DNA of 43,403 bases, taken from positions 1 through 43,403 of the forward strand of contig CAXHJY010000423.1 in assembly GCA_964016885.1 (NCBI GenBank). The letters are read 5' to 3'. This document shows, one piece after another, positions 31,621 through 43,403 of this stretch; position 1 is the stretch's first letter, and every line of letters starts with the position of its first letter. The position numbers and the translations under genes are program-made. The notes under the pieces are model-generated. The model saw nothing but the letters and a program-made list of their open reading frames with translations, was not told where the DNA came from and made no database searches. The DNA is from Eledone cirrhosa. Lineage: Eukaryota.

Positions 31621-34600
31621 TTAGAGATGCCTACTGGCAAGGCGGGTCTTCTCTGTTACTGAGTACCGCCAAAGGTCACGGTCCAGTGACATTGTCTTGG
31701 AGAGGTGTAAGTGTGTGAGGTCGGAGTTTATCAGCTCATCCCATGTTTTTCTAGGTCTGCCTATTCCGTGGCTACCGTCTATCTTTATTGCCCTGCACTT
31801 TGTAATACAGCTATCGACTTTCATGCGCATCACGTGTCCATACCAACGCAGCCTTCTCTCGAGTAAACAACATCTGATCCCTCTTATCTCTAATTTTTTC
31901 CTTAGTTCGTTTACGCTTTGCCGTTCACGTATATTACTGTTACACATCCAGCGGAGCATGCAAGCTTCGTTCCTCTCTAGTCTGCGTATATCCTCTGCAC
32001 ACAATGCCCAGGTCTCACTACCATGCAACATTGCTGTTCGTATGCAGGCATCGTACAACCTGCCTTTCATTTTTAGGGAGAACCCTTTAGCAGCTAATAG
32101 TGGTATAAGCTCTCTGAACTTTTTCCAACCAGTTCTGACTCTAGCTACAGTACTTTCAGAGCACCCTCCCCCACTGCTGATTTTATCGCCCAGGTAACGG
32201 AAGCTGTCCACTATTTCTATAGAACCCTCTGCGCAATTGAAAGAGCTAGTATTTTGTGGGCACTTGCTGCTACTTATTGCACCAGAACACCGGCCACATG
32301 TAAAGTCTATGTTCTTAGTTAGCTTACCTGTGATCCCACTACATCTTTTATGCACCCATACTTTGCATTTAGGACATAAGATGGAGTTTCTACCTACGCC
32401 TTTCCTACATACCGAGCACGACCATTTCCCAGAAGGGACCGCCGCCTTGTTTTCTTTCCTACAAACTAGAACTTTGGTCTTAGCCAGGTTAATTTTAAGT
32501 CCTTTTGACTCTAGGCCGTGCTTCCATGTTTGGAATTTCTTCTCTAGCTCGGCCATTGATTCCGCTATGAGTGTCAGGTCGTCTGCGTATAGGAGTTCCC
32601 ATGGGCAGCCTGTCTTGAACTCCTCTGATATAGCCTGAAGGGCAATAATAAATAGTAGGGGGCTGAGAACAGAGCCCTGATGGACGCCAACTTTTACGCT
32701 AAACTCTTCACTATATTCGTTGTTAATTCTAACCTTGCTGACTGTTTCTTTATACATGGCTTGTATAGCCCTCACAAGCCATTCGTCAACGCCTAGTTTT
32801 CTAAGAGCCCACCAGATAATGGAGCGGGGGACTCTGTCGAAGGCTTTCTCCAGGTCGACAAAAGCTAAGTAGAGGGGTTTACCTTTAGCTAGGTACTTCT
32901 CCTGTAGTTGTCGTACTATGAAAAGAGCGTCTGTGGTGCTTTTGCCTGACACAAACCCGAACTGCATTTCATCTAGATCAATTCTCTCTCTGATTAGTTG
33001 CGCTATTACTTTTTCCGTGACCTTCATGACCTGGTCGATTAATTTAATGCCTCTATAGTTACTCCTATCTAGGGCGTCTCCTTTACCCTTATAACAGTTA
33101 ACGATGCTGCTGCTATGCCAGTCCTTCGGAACAACCCCATTCTGTACGACTTGGTTAACTATGCGGGTGACCATGGTGTGTCCCACCGTGCCAGATGCCT
33201 TCAGCATCTCAGCAACTATTTCCGAAGGCCCAGCCGCCTTACCAGTCTTCATATCCTTGATTGCCTTACTTATTATACTCCCCTCGACTAACACTGCTGG
33301 TCCCTCTATCGGGTCGATATGGGGGAGACTGTCTTTCTCCCATTTATTCTCCTCATTTAGTAGCCTTTCATAGTGACACTTCCAAGCTACCTTCTTATCA
33401 GTGTCGGTGATGGCAAGTATGCCATCATCGTTAAGTACACACTTCTCCCCGACAATATCACGGTTTTCCTTGACGCATTGCCTGGCAATCCTGAACACCT
33501 CAAGTTTTTGGTCATCGCGTTGTAGAACATGCTTGAACTTTCTTTCCTCAGCTTCCCTTCTTGCTAAGTACACTTCTCTCCTAGCTTCCCTCCTGGCCAC
33601 TTGATAGTCTACTCTACTTCCCCCATCCCGCCATACTTTCCAAGCCTGCTTTTTGGCCTTAATTGACCCCTCCACCCTATTGTTCCACCACCATGTTACT
33701 CTCCTCCTGCCTACAGGCCTGCTCCAGCCACAGACTTCGTCTGTCGCCAACAGCAGGTTTGCTTTCAGAAATTTCCACTGTCCCTCTATATTGTCCGATT
33801 CTAGATGCTCTTCCTTACTGTCGAAAGCATCAAGTAATATGCTTTGAAATTTATTTCTGGCTGTGGGGTCCTTTAGTTTCCATATTTTCCTCCTGAGGAT
33901 AGTCCTCTTCTGCTGTCGGGTACGTCTCGTCCTGACTATGAGGTCGCTAATTATCAGTCTATGTTGGGAGGTGCATTCTTCATGGGGGAGGGATTTAGTG
34001 TTTACAACAGACACTCTGTCACGTCTTCTGGTAAGGATATAATCTACCTGGCTTGTGTGTTCCCCGGATCTATAGGTGATCAGGTGATTGTCACGTTTTT
34101 TGAAGTTAGTGTTACAGATAGTTAGGTTATTTGCATCACAGAATTCCAGAATTCTGGAGCCTTCCTCATTTCTAGTACCAAACCCATAGCCTCCATGGAT
34201 TTCGTCGTAGCCGTCACAATGTTGTCCAACGTGACCATTTAGGTCGCCTGCAATAATTATATAGTCACTGTCAGATATTTGGGAGGTAGTTAGCAACAGT
34301 GTCTCATAGAATCTGTCTTTTATAGTGCCGGGCAGTCCGGATTGGGGTGCGTACGCAGATATTACTGTCACCGTAGTTCTATTGAGGACAAGTCTTATTT
34401 TAATTATTCTGTCGTTCACTCTATTTACGTCTATTATCTTATCTGCCCACTTTTCTGCTACCATGATTCCTACTCCACCCAGCCCATCGTCGTTTCCCAC
34501 CCAGAAAAGCTTATAACATCGTTTTTTACCCTCAATGAATCTAGCAGACCCACCCCTCCACCTGGTCTCTTGAATACAACAAACATCGACCTCCTTACGT

Positions 34601-34899
34601 TCAAGCATTTCTACAACCTCGTTAGCGCGACCCTTTAGGGTGCCTACATTTATGGTACCAACTCTGAAGTTTTGGGTTGCGTTTGGAGGGTGGGTGTGGT
34701 GGGGGGCGGGAGGAGATAGGGTTATGTTAGCCATCCGCGGACGAAACAAAGAGGAGTGCTCGCATTCTCGTCCACGAGGTGAATTTGACTTTAACTTTGG
34801 CATTTTCGCTCTGAGCGTCCAGATTTTTCTCTCCCTTCCACTCTCCAGGATTCCGCAGTCCGTCCGTCCATCCATCCATCCATCATATATCGAAGGCAA
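31621..34899 (-). CDS. RTE LINE polyprotein: APE endonuclease + reverse transcriptase + PHD-like zinc finger (up to 1092 aa; true start probably a downstream ATG)
   Basis: APE motifs are VGTINVGTL, CCIQETRW, SAYAPQ, GDLNGHVG, QVDYIL and SQHRL. RT motifs are [36 protein letters not shown] and LLYADD. The RTE C-terminus has RRLRWYGHV and GRPRKTW. There are no internal stops. Confidence 0.95.
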   Translation of the reverse strand: MPSIYDGWMDGRTDCGILESGRERKIWTLRAKMPKLKSNSPRGRECEHSSLFRPRMANITLSPPAPHHTHPPNATQNFRVGTINVGTLKGRANEVVEMLERKEVDVCCIQETRWRGGSARFIEGKKRCYKLFWVGNDDGLGGVGIMVAEKWADKIIDVNRVNDRIIKIRLVLNRTTVTVISAYAPQSGLPGTIKDRFYETLLLTTSQISDSDYIIIAGDLNGHVGQHCDGYDEIHGGYGFGTRNEEGSRILEFCDANNLTICNTNFKKRDNHLITYRSGEHTSQVDYILTRRRDRVSVVNTKSLPHEECTSQHRLIISDLIVRTRRTRQQKRTILRRKIWKLKDPTARNKFQSILLDAFDSKEEHLESDNIEGQWKFLKANLLLATDEVCGWSRPVGRRRVTWWWNNRVEGSIKAKKQAWKVWRDGGSRVDYQVARREARREVYLARREAEERKFKHVLQRDDQKLEVFRIARQCVKENRDIVGEKCVLNDDGILAITDTDKKVAWKCHYERLLNEENKWEKDSLPHIDPIEGPAVLVEGSIISKAIKDMKTGKAAGPSEIVAEMLKASGTVGHTMVTRIVNQVVQNGVVPKDWHSSSIVNCYKGKGDALDRSNYRGIKLIDQVMKVTEKVIAQLIRERIDLDEMQFGFVSGKSTTDALFIVRQLQEKYLAKGKPLYLAFVDLEKAFDRVPRSIIWWALRKLGVDEWLVRAIQAMYKETVSKVRINNEYSEEFSVKVGVHQGSVLSPLLFIIALQAISEEFKTGCPWELLYADDLTLIAESMAELEKKFQTWKHGLESKGLKINLAKTKVLVCRKENKAAVPSGKWSCSVCRKGVGRNSILCPKCKVWVHKRCSGITGKLTKNIDFTCGRCSGAISSSKCPQNTSSFNCAEGSIEIVDSFRYLGDKISSGGGCSESTVARVRTGWKKFRELIPLLAAKGFSLKMKGRLYDACIRTAMLHGSETWALCAEDIRRLERNEACMLRWMCNSNIRERQSVNELRKKLEIRGIRCCLLERRLRWYGHVMRMKVDSCITKCRAIKIDGSHGIGRPRKTWDELINSDLTHLHLSKTMSLDRDLWRYSVTEKTRLASRHL

Positions 34900-35103
34900 C
34901 CGGGCAAGCGATAGTATAGGCCTCTGGCTTATGATTTGGTCCGCGTAATAATAATAATGGTGATGCGTGGGGGTGGGGGTGGGGGGCTCTGGCTTATAAT
35001 AATGGTGGTGATGCGGGGGGGGGGGGGGGGGCTCTGGCTTATGATTGGTCCACGTATTAAGTATGGTGGCGTGTGGGGGCGGGAGGGAGGGGTGTGGGGT
35101 AGC

Positions 35104-35399
35104 TAGCTGGAAGGTTATGAATGTTTAACAAGCGATTTAACAAAAAGCAAAACTGCAAGATTTGTTCTGTTCAATACGACAAAAACACCGTATTTAAACC
35201 TTAAATAGATAACAAAAAAATACAGATTTCGGATTTTGCGAGATTGGATGTTTGTTTGGACTATGTACGAAATTGAGCGTGGAAATGGAGAGAAGAATTT
35301 GTACTCTACGATTTACATGAGTCCATCATAGAAATAATTGAAGTAATTGAAGCAGCGGTGGATTGGCGAAAGTGAATAAACATGAAGGAGAACTTATCT

Positions 35400-35438
<39 letters not shown>

Positions 35439-35961
35439 AGCTAAGAGGGAGATAGAGGGGAAGAAAGAGAGGGGGGAAGGGGGAGAGATATTGTGGCTGA
35501 CCGCAGCCCCTCGTGGAGTAGCAAGGAGGGTGAAGGGGTGGAGCGGATTTTTGACTTTCAAGTAGCATACTATATATATTTAAAGTAATTTATAAGTAGA
35601 ATGGGAAGGATTTTGTTTTTTTGTTTGAGAATACGATAGAATTAAGGAATTGGACGAATACGATAGAATTAAGATAGCTGGAAGGTTATGAATGTTTAAC
35701 AAGCGATTTAACAAAAAGCAAAACTGCAAGATTTGTTCTGTTCAATACGACAAAAACACCGTATTTAAACCTTAAATAGATAACAAAAAAATACAGATTT
35801 CGGATTTTGCGAGATTGGATGTTTGTTTGGACTATGTACGAAATTGAGCGTGGAAATGGAGAGAAGAATTTGTACTTTACGATTTACATGAGTCCATCAT
35901 AGAAATAATTGAAGCAGCGGTGGATTGGCGAAAGTGAATAAACATGAAGGAGAACTTATCT

Positions 35962-36000
<39 letters not shown>

Positions 36001-36124
36001 AGCTAAGAGGGAGATAGAGGGGAAGAAAGAGAGGGGGGGAAGGGGGAGAGATATTGTGGCTGACCGCAGCCCCTCGTGGAGTAGCAAGGAGGGTGAAGGG
36101 GTGGAGCAGATTTTTGACTTTCAA
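35104..36124. repeat. Direct duplication of ~455 bp (35104-35561 and 35675-36124, period 571)
   Basis: TAGCTGGAAGGTTATGAATG...GATTTTTGACTTTCAA is present twice with few differences. Confidence 0.93.
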
Positions 36125-36430
36125 TATATATATATATATATATGTGTATATATGTATATATATGTATATATATATGTGTATATATGTATATATATGTATG
36201 TATATATGTGTATATATATGTGTATATATGTATATGTGTATATATGTATATATATGTATATATATATATATATATATATGTGTGTATATATGTATATATA
36301 TGTGTATATATATATGTATATATGTATATATATATGTATATATATGTGTATATATATATGTATATATATGTGTATATATATATGTATATATGTATATGTA
36401 TATATGTATATATATGTATGTATATATATG

Positions 36431-36811
36431 TATTGGTAAACGGAATAGAAAATGCTGACAAATTGTTCACAGTTGAAAAATGGTTTAATTAGGAATAAAA
36501 GAGTATTAGTGATTGTATGGGTTAGTATTCAGTTGTGGTTTTAAGTTTTTAAGTTTTTACCGGTTGCGCATTTCTAAATGCTTTTCAAAAATAATTTTGA
36601 GATAGTGTCCGTGCTGTTTCAAACAGCACGGACACTCTATCTCAAAATTATTTTTGAAAAGCATTTAGAAATGCGCAACCGGTAAAAACTTAAAAACTTA
36701 AAACCACAACTGAATACTAACCCATACAATCACTAATACTCTTTTATTCCTAATTAAACCATTTTTCAACTGTGAACAATTTGTCAGCATTTTCTATTCC
36801 GTTTACCAATA
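36431..36811. repeat. Fold-back palindrome, ~190-bp arms, 1-nt loop at 36620
   Basis: The centre reads ...GTGTCCGTGCTGTTT-C-AAACAGCACGGACAC.... The arms match except for a 2-nt indel near the centre. Confidence 0.95.
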
Positions 36812-36850
36812 TATAATAACTTGTGTGTTACACCTCTATTCTTTTAACTT

Positions 36851-36988
36851 TATATATGTATATATATATGTATATATATATATGTATATATATATGTATA
36901 TATATATATGTATATATATATGTATATATATATATATGTATATATATATGTATATATATATATATATGTATATATATATGTATATATG

Positions 36989-37019
<31 letters not shown>

Positions 37020-37058
37020 GTATATATGTATATATATATATATATGTATATATATATG

Positions 37059-37111
<53 letters not shown>

Positions 37112-37134
37112 GTATATATATATGTATATATATG

Positions 37135-37167
<33 letters not shown>

Positions 37168-37693
37168 GTATATATATGTATATATATATATGTGTATATA
37201 TATGTATATATATATATGTATATATATATATGTGTATATATATGTATATATATATATGTGTATATATATGTGGATATATATGTATATATATATATGTATA
37301 TATATATGTGTATATATATGTATATATATATATGTATATATATGTATATATATATATGTGTATATATATGTATATATATATATGTGTATATATATGTATA
37401 TATATATGTGTATATATATATATGTATATATATGTATATATATATATGTGTATATATATGTGTATATATATGTATATATATATATGTATATATATATGTA
37501 TATATATATATGTATATATATATATGTATATATATATATGTATATATATATATGTATATATATATATGTATATATATATATGTATATATATATATGTATA
37601 TATATATATGTATATATATATATGTATATATATATATGTATATATATATATGTGTATATATATGTGTATATAGATGTATATATATGTGTATAT

Positions 37694-37727
<34 letters not shown>

Positions 37728-37770
37728 ATGAATATATATGTATATATATGTATATATATGTATATATATA
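36851..37770. repeat. (TA)n/(TATG) compound microsatellite
   Basis: Direct reading of the sequence. Confidence 0.96.
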
Positions 37771-37880
37771 CAGTATTTTCCGTTGTGTTGTAATATAAAT
37801 ATTACACACAGTAGATTATCAGCTCACGTAGAGTTTGCTCGACGGTTCCAGTTGTAGTTCCAAAAGTAATCCGGAGAAAA

Positions 37881-38624
37881 ATAGAAAGATTTGAATGGAT
37901 ACAGTTTAGTTGAAAGGAATTTATTGACACGTGTTTCTATAACAGTTACATAACCTAAAACAGCTATCTACAAACTTTTAGTTATGCAGACATTCAATAT
38001 TTCAATGTTATTATTTACTGTCATTTCATCAGAATAATATTACTGAGGACCTATTTAGTTTTTATAGAGAATATTAGGAGGGAGGGGTGAAGTTGTTGGA
38101 AGAATAGTTGAAGGAGTGGTTTTTCGATAGCAGTGAGAATTCTTGGTGGCAGTGAGTAATTAGATTCCCATCTGTTGTTTTGACATTTTTTATAGAATAT
38201 ATTATTGGTTATTTTTCTAAATCTATAGAAGGATTAGAGAAACCAACCACGCATATCTTTACTATCTCTAATCCTTCTATAGATTTAGAAAAATAACCAA
38301 TAATATATTCTATAAAAAATGTCAAAACAACAGATGGGAATCTAATTACACACTGCCACCAAGAATTCTCACTGCTATCGAAAAACCACTCCTTCAACTA
38401 TTCTTCCAACAACTTCACCCCTCCCTCCTAATATTCTCTATAAAAACTAAATAGGTCCTCAGTAATATTATTCTGATGAAATGACAGTAAATAATAACAT
38501 TGAAATATTGAATGTCTGCATAACTAAAAGTTTGTAGATAGCTGTTTTAGGTTATGTAACTGTTATAGAAACACGTGTCAATAAATTCCTTTCAACTAAA
38601 CTGTATCCATTCAAATCTTTCTAT
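37881..38624. repeat. Fold-back inverted repeat, 360-bp arms, 24-nt spacer
   Basis: 37881-38240 is the reverse complement of 38265-38624, with one mismatch seen. The spacer is AACCAACCACGCATATCTTTACTA. Confidence 0.95.
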
Positions 38625-39003
38625 ATGTATATATATATATATGTATATGTATATATATGTATATATATGTATATATATGTATATGTATGTATATGTATAT
38701 ATATGTATATGTATGTATATGTATATATATGTATATATATATATATGTATATGTATATATATATATGTATATGTATATATATATATGTATATATATATAT
38801 GTATATATATATATGTATATATATATATATGTATATATATATATGTATATATATATATGTATATGTATATATGTATATATGTATATATGTATATATATAT
38901 ATGTATATATATATATGTATATATATATATGTATATATATATATGTATATATATATATGTATATATATATATGTATATATATATATATGTATATATATAT
39001 ATG

Positions 39004-39034
<31 letters not shown>

Positions 39035-39133
39035 GTATATATATATATGTATATATATATATATGTATATATATGTATATATATATATGTATATATATAT
39101 ATATGTGTATATATATATATGTGTATATATATG

Positions 39134-39164
<31 letters not shown>

Positions 39165-39233
39165 GTATATATATATATGTATATATATATATATGTATAT
39201 ATATGTATATATATATATATGTGTATATATATG

Positions 39234-39280
<47 letters not shown>

Positions 39281-39281
39281 G

Positions 39282-39329
<48 letters not shown>

Positions 39330-39344
39330 CATATATATATATAC

Positions 39345-39375
<31 letters not shown>

Positions 39376-39386
39376 CATATATATAC

Positions 39387-39417
<31 letters not shown>

Positions 39418-39433
39418 CATATATATATATACA

Positions 39434-39551
39434 GAAGGCGTGTGGCTGAGTGGTTAGAGAATTGGATTCGCAATCGAAAGGTTGTGAGTTCGATTCCTGG
39501 ACCAGGCGATGCGTTATGTCCTTGAGCAAGACACTTCATTTCACGTTGCTC
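39434..39551 (+). mobile_element. tRNA-derived CORE-type SINE head (3' part missing or replaced)
   Basis: A box TGGCTGAGTGG (39443-39453) and B box GTTCGATTCC (39488-39497) are followed by the CORE-like TGTCCTTGAGCAAGACACTT. Confidence 0.85.
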
Positions 39552-39707
39552 CTTCTACCTGGAGTTGCGACCGATAGATAGTATTAGCAATTGGAAAGAC
39601 CAACGGAAACATTGTTTCCTCGGTCCGATTTGACGAAAAGTCGATCGTTCCTATATATATATATGTATATATATATATGTATATATATATATGTATATAT
39701 ATGTATG

Positions 39708-39754
<47 letters not shown>

Positions 39755-39797
39755 GTATATATATATATGTATATATATATATGTATATATATATATG

Positions 39798-39844
<47 letters not shown>

Positions 39845-39867
39845 GTATATATATATATGTATATATG

Positions 39868-39916
<49 letters not shown>

Positions 39917-39928
39917 GTATATATATAT

Positions 39929-40528
39929 ATCTCTCCCGGTGATTTTGGATGGCCATTGACTCTTAAGAGCTCCTTTGCCCTTTGACAGGTTTTGTTTTTA
40001 GTCCTGCAGGATGTCCAAAGTCACCCTCCTCACCAAGAAACCTTGGTGGGGTTGCCAGTTTAGTCGCCGCCGACCCGACCATGGGACAGGTTGTACTGGG
40101 ATACATGTTACCAGTAGCACCAACTGGTGACCCCTTAGCCTTTGTCAAGGCAGAATTCTAGGAGAAGGAAAACTCTGATATAACACCTGCAACCCTGATG
40201 GTTTCCAATGATGTTGACTTGTTCTTCTTTTTGGTAAATATCATCTTGGTTAAGAGAGTGGGACTGGCTTTGTGCAGTGCCTTTGCTCACTATAAAAGCT
40301 TCACAGCACAGGCATTGCTTTATATCTGGAGATCTCTCTGCACTTGTCGTCACATGGTACCATGGGCCCAGCACTATGTGTCAATAATTGTCACAAGTGT
40401 AGTGTTTGTACCAGAGTTTTCAAGTCGCTGGCTGGACTAAAAAGTCACACTCATTCAGCGCATCGGTAGGGGTTCTCCTACATGGATATAAAGTAGTGGC
40501 CATACTCGAAAACGAGTTGGCAGCCACC
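39929..40528 (+). mobile_element. Non-autonomous RTE-type short element, copy 3 (collinear, presumed ancestral form)
   Basis: 39929-40132 is the reverse complement of 3605-3808, and 40128-40528 is collinear with 3808-4208. Confidence 0.82.
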
Positions 40529-42961
<2,433 letters not shown>

Positions 42962-43053
42962 AATGGAAAAATTTGAACAGGAACAAAACAGCGAGGCAGT
43001 ACAACGAATGTTTATTAATTTCACGCTCTGGAGAGTGGGGTGGTGGTGGGGAA

Positions 43054-43086
43054 CAACGTTTCGGGCATAAGCCCTTCCTCAGGTGA
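43054..43086 (-). ncRNA. Penelope-type minimal hammerhead core near the end of a probable pLTR (42962 to window end)
   Basis: Minus strand reads TCAC-CTGAGGA-a-GGGC-TTAT-GCCC-GAAA-CG-TT-G. The core boxes and stem II are intact and stem III is the palindrome AACGTT, but stem I is weak. Confidence 0.7.
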
Positions 43087-43403
43087 GAAGTGTGTGGGAA
43101 CAGAGTTCAAAGGGTGTGTAGGGGAGTGGTGGAGAGACATATAGTGAAAGGAAACGGTGCGAATGAAATTAAAAATAAAAATAAAGCATGATCAAAATAC
43201 AAGGAATGAAATAAATTTAAATGTAAAAGCATGATCAAAATAAACTGAAATTAAAAGGGGGGTAAAACAGGTGGTGGAAGGGTGTCGGGGTGGTGGCGGG
43301 TGGAGTGGGGAGAGGGAGACGGGGTGTCCGAGCGGGGAGGGCTGAAGGTTGTGTGTAGGTGTATGTGAAAGTAAGGGTTGGGGGAAGAACGGGGTTGCAT
43401 TGT

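Larger units (their letters stand above)
31269..36124 (-). mobile_element. Full-length RTE-clade LINE with (GAT)n tail; 5' boundary uncertain
   Basis: Intact single ORF, 3' UTR at 31269-31620 shared with four other copies, and upstream non-coding region running to (TA)n at 36124. Confidence 0.9.

Noticed and set aside
31697-34948. Plus-strand ORFs overlapping the RTE
   Set aside because: Antisense shadows of the RTE coding sequence.
36431-38624. MITE / DNA transposon interpretation of the palindromes
   Set aside because: The arms are asymmetric (one extends beyond the other), with no recognisable TIR family or second copy. A TA target duplication cannot be assessed inside (TA)n.
39434-39506. 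tRNA gene
   Set aside because: A and B boxes are present, but the acceptor and anticodon stems pair poorly and a CORE-like SINE segment follows directly; called as a SINE.
39929-40130. HDV-like ribozyme at the 5' end of the short RTE-type element (TCCTCAC motif)
   Set aside because: I could not assemble P1/P2/P3 pairings by eye; a descriptor search is needed.
43260-43403. G-rich, G-quadruplex-like stretch
   Set aside because: Low-complexity sequence cut by the window edge, with no independent support for function.

Overview
Eukaryotic (animal) intergenic or intronic DNA with no recognisable host gene. Roughly half of it is compound (TA)n/(TATG)n/(CATA)n microsatellite, which generates all the 'YIYI...' ORFs. 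The repeat repertoire suggests an octopus/cephalopod genome (inference): (TA)n fields, RTE LINEs with (GAT)n tails and a tRNA-CORE SINE. The islands between microsatellites are almost all retroelements: one full-length RTE LINE with an intact 1092-aa ORF (APE + RT + PHD-like finger) and four truncated copies, two CR1-group LINE fragments, a Penelope-like GIY-YIG fragment, three copies of a ~600-bp non-autonomous RTE-type element, and a SINE. The main finding is a 2.84-kb array (11031-13870) of near-identical 310-bp non-coding units, each with an intact minimal type-I hammerhead ribozyme (9 in total). This is a non-LTR retrozyme / Penelope-pLTR-like array arranged as one giant inverted repeat. 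At least four other hammerhead families (5-6 further motifs) and three further fold-back insertions are scattered through the (TA)n tracts. All calls are by eye; no folding or database searches were run.
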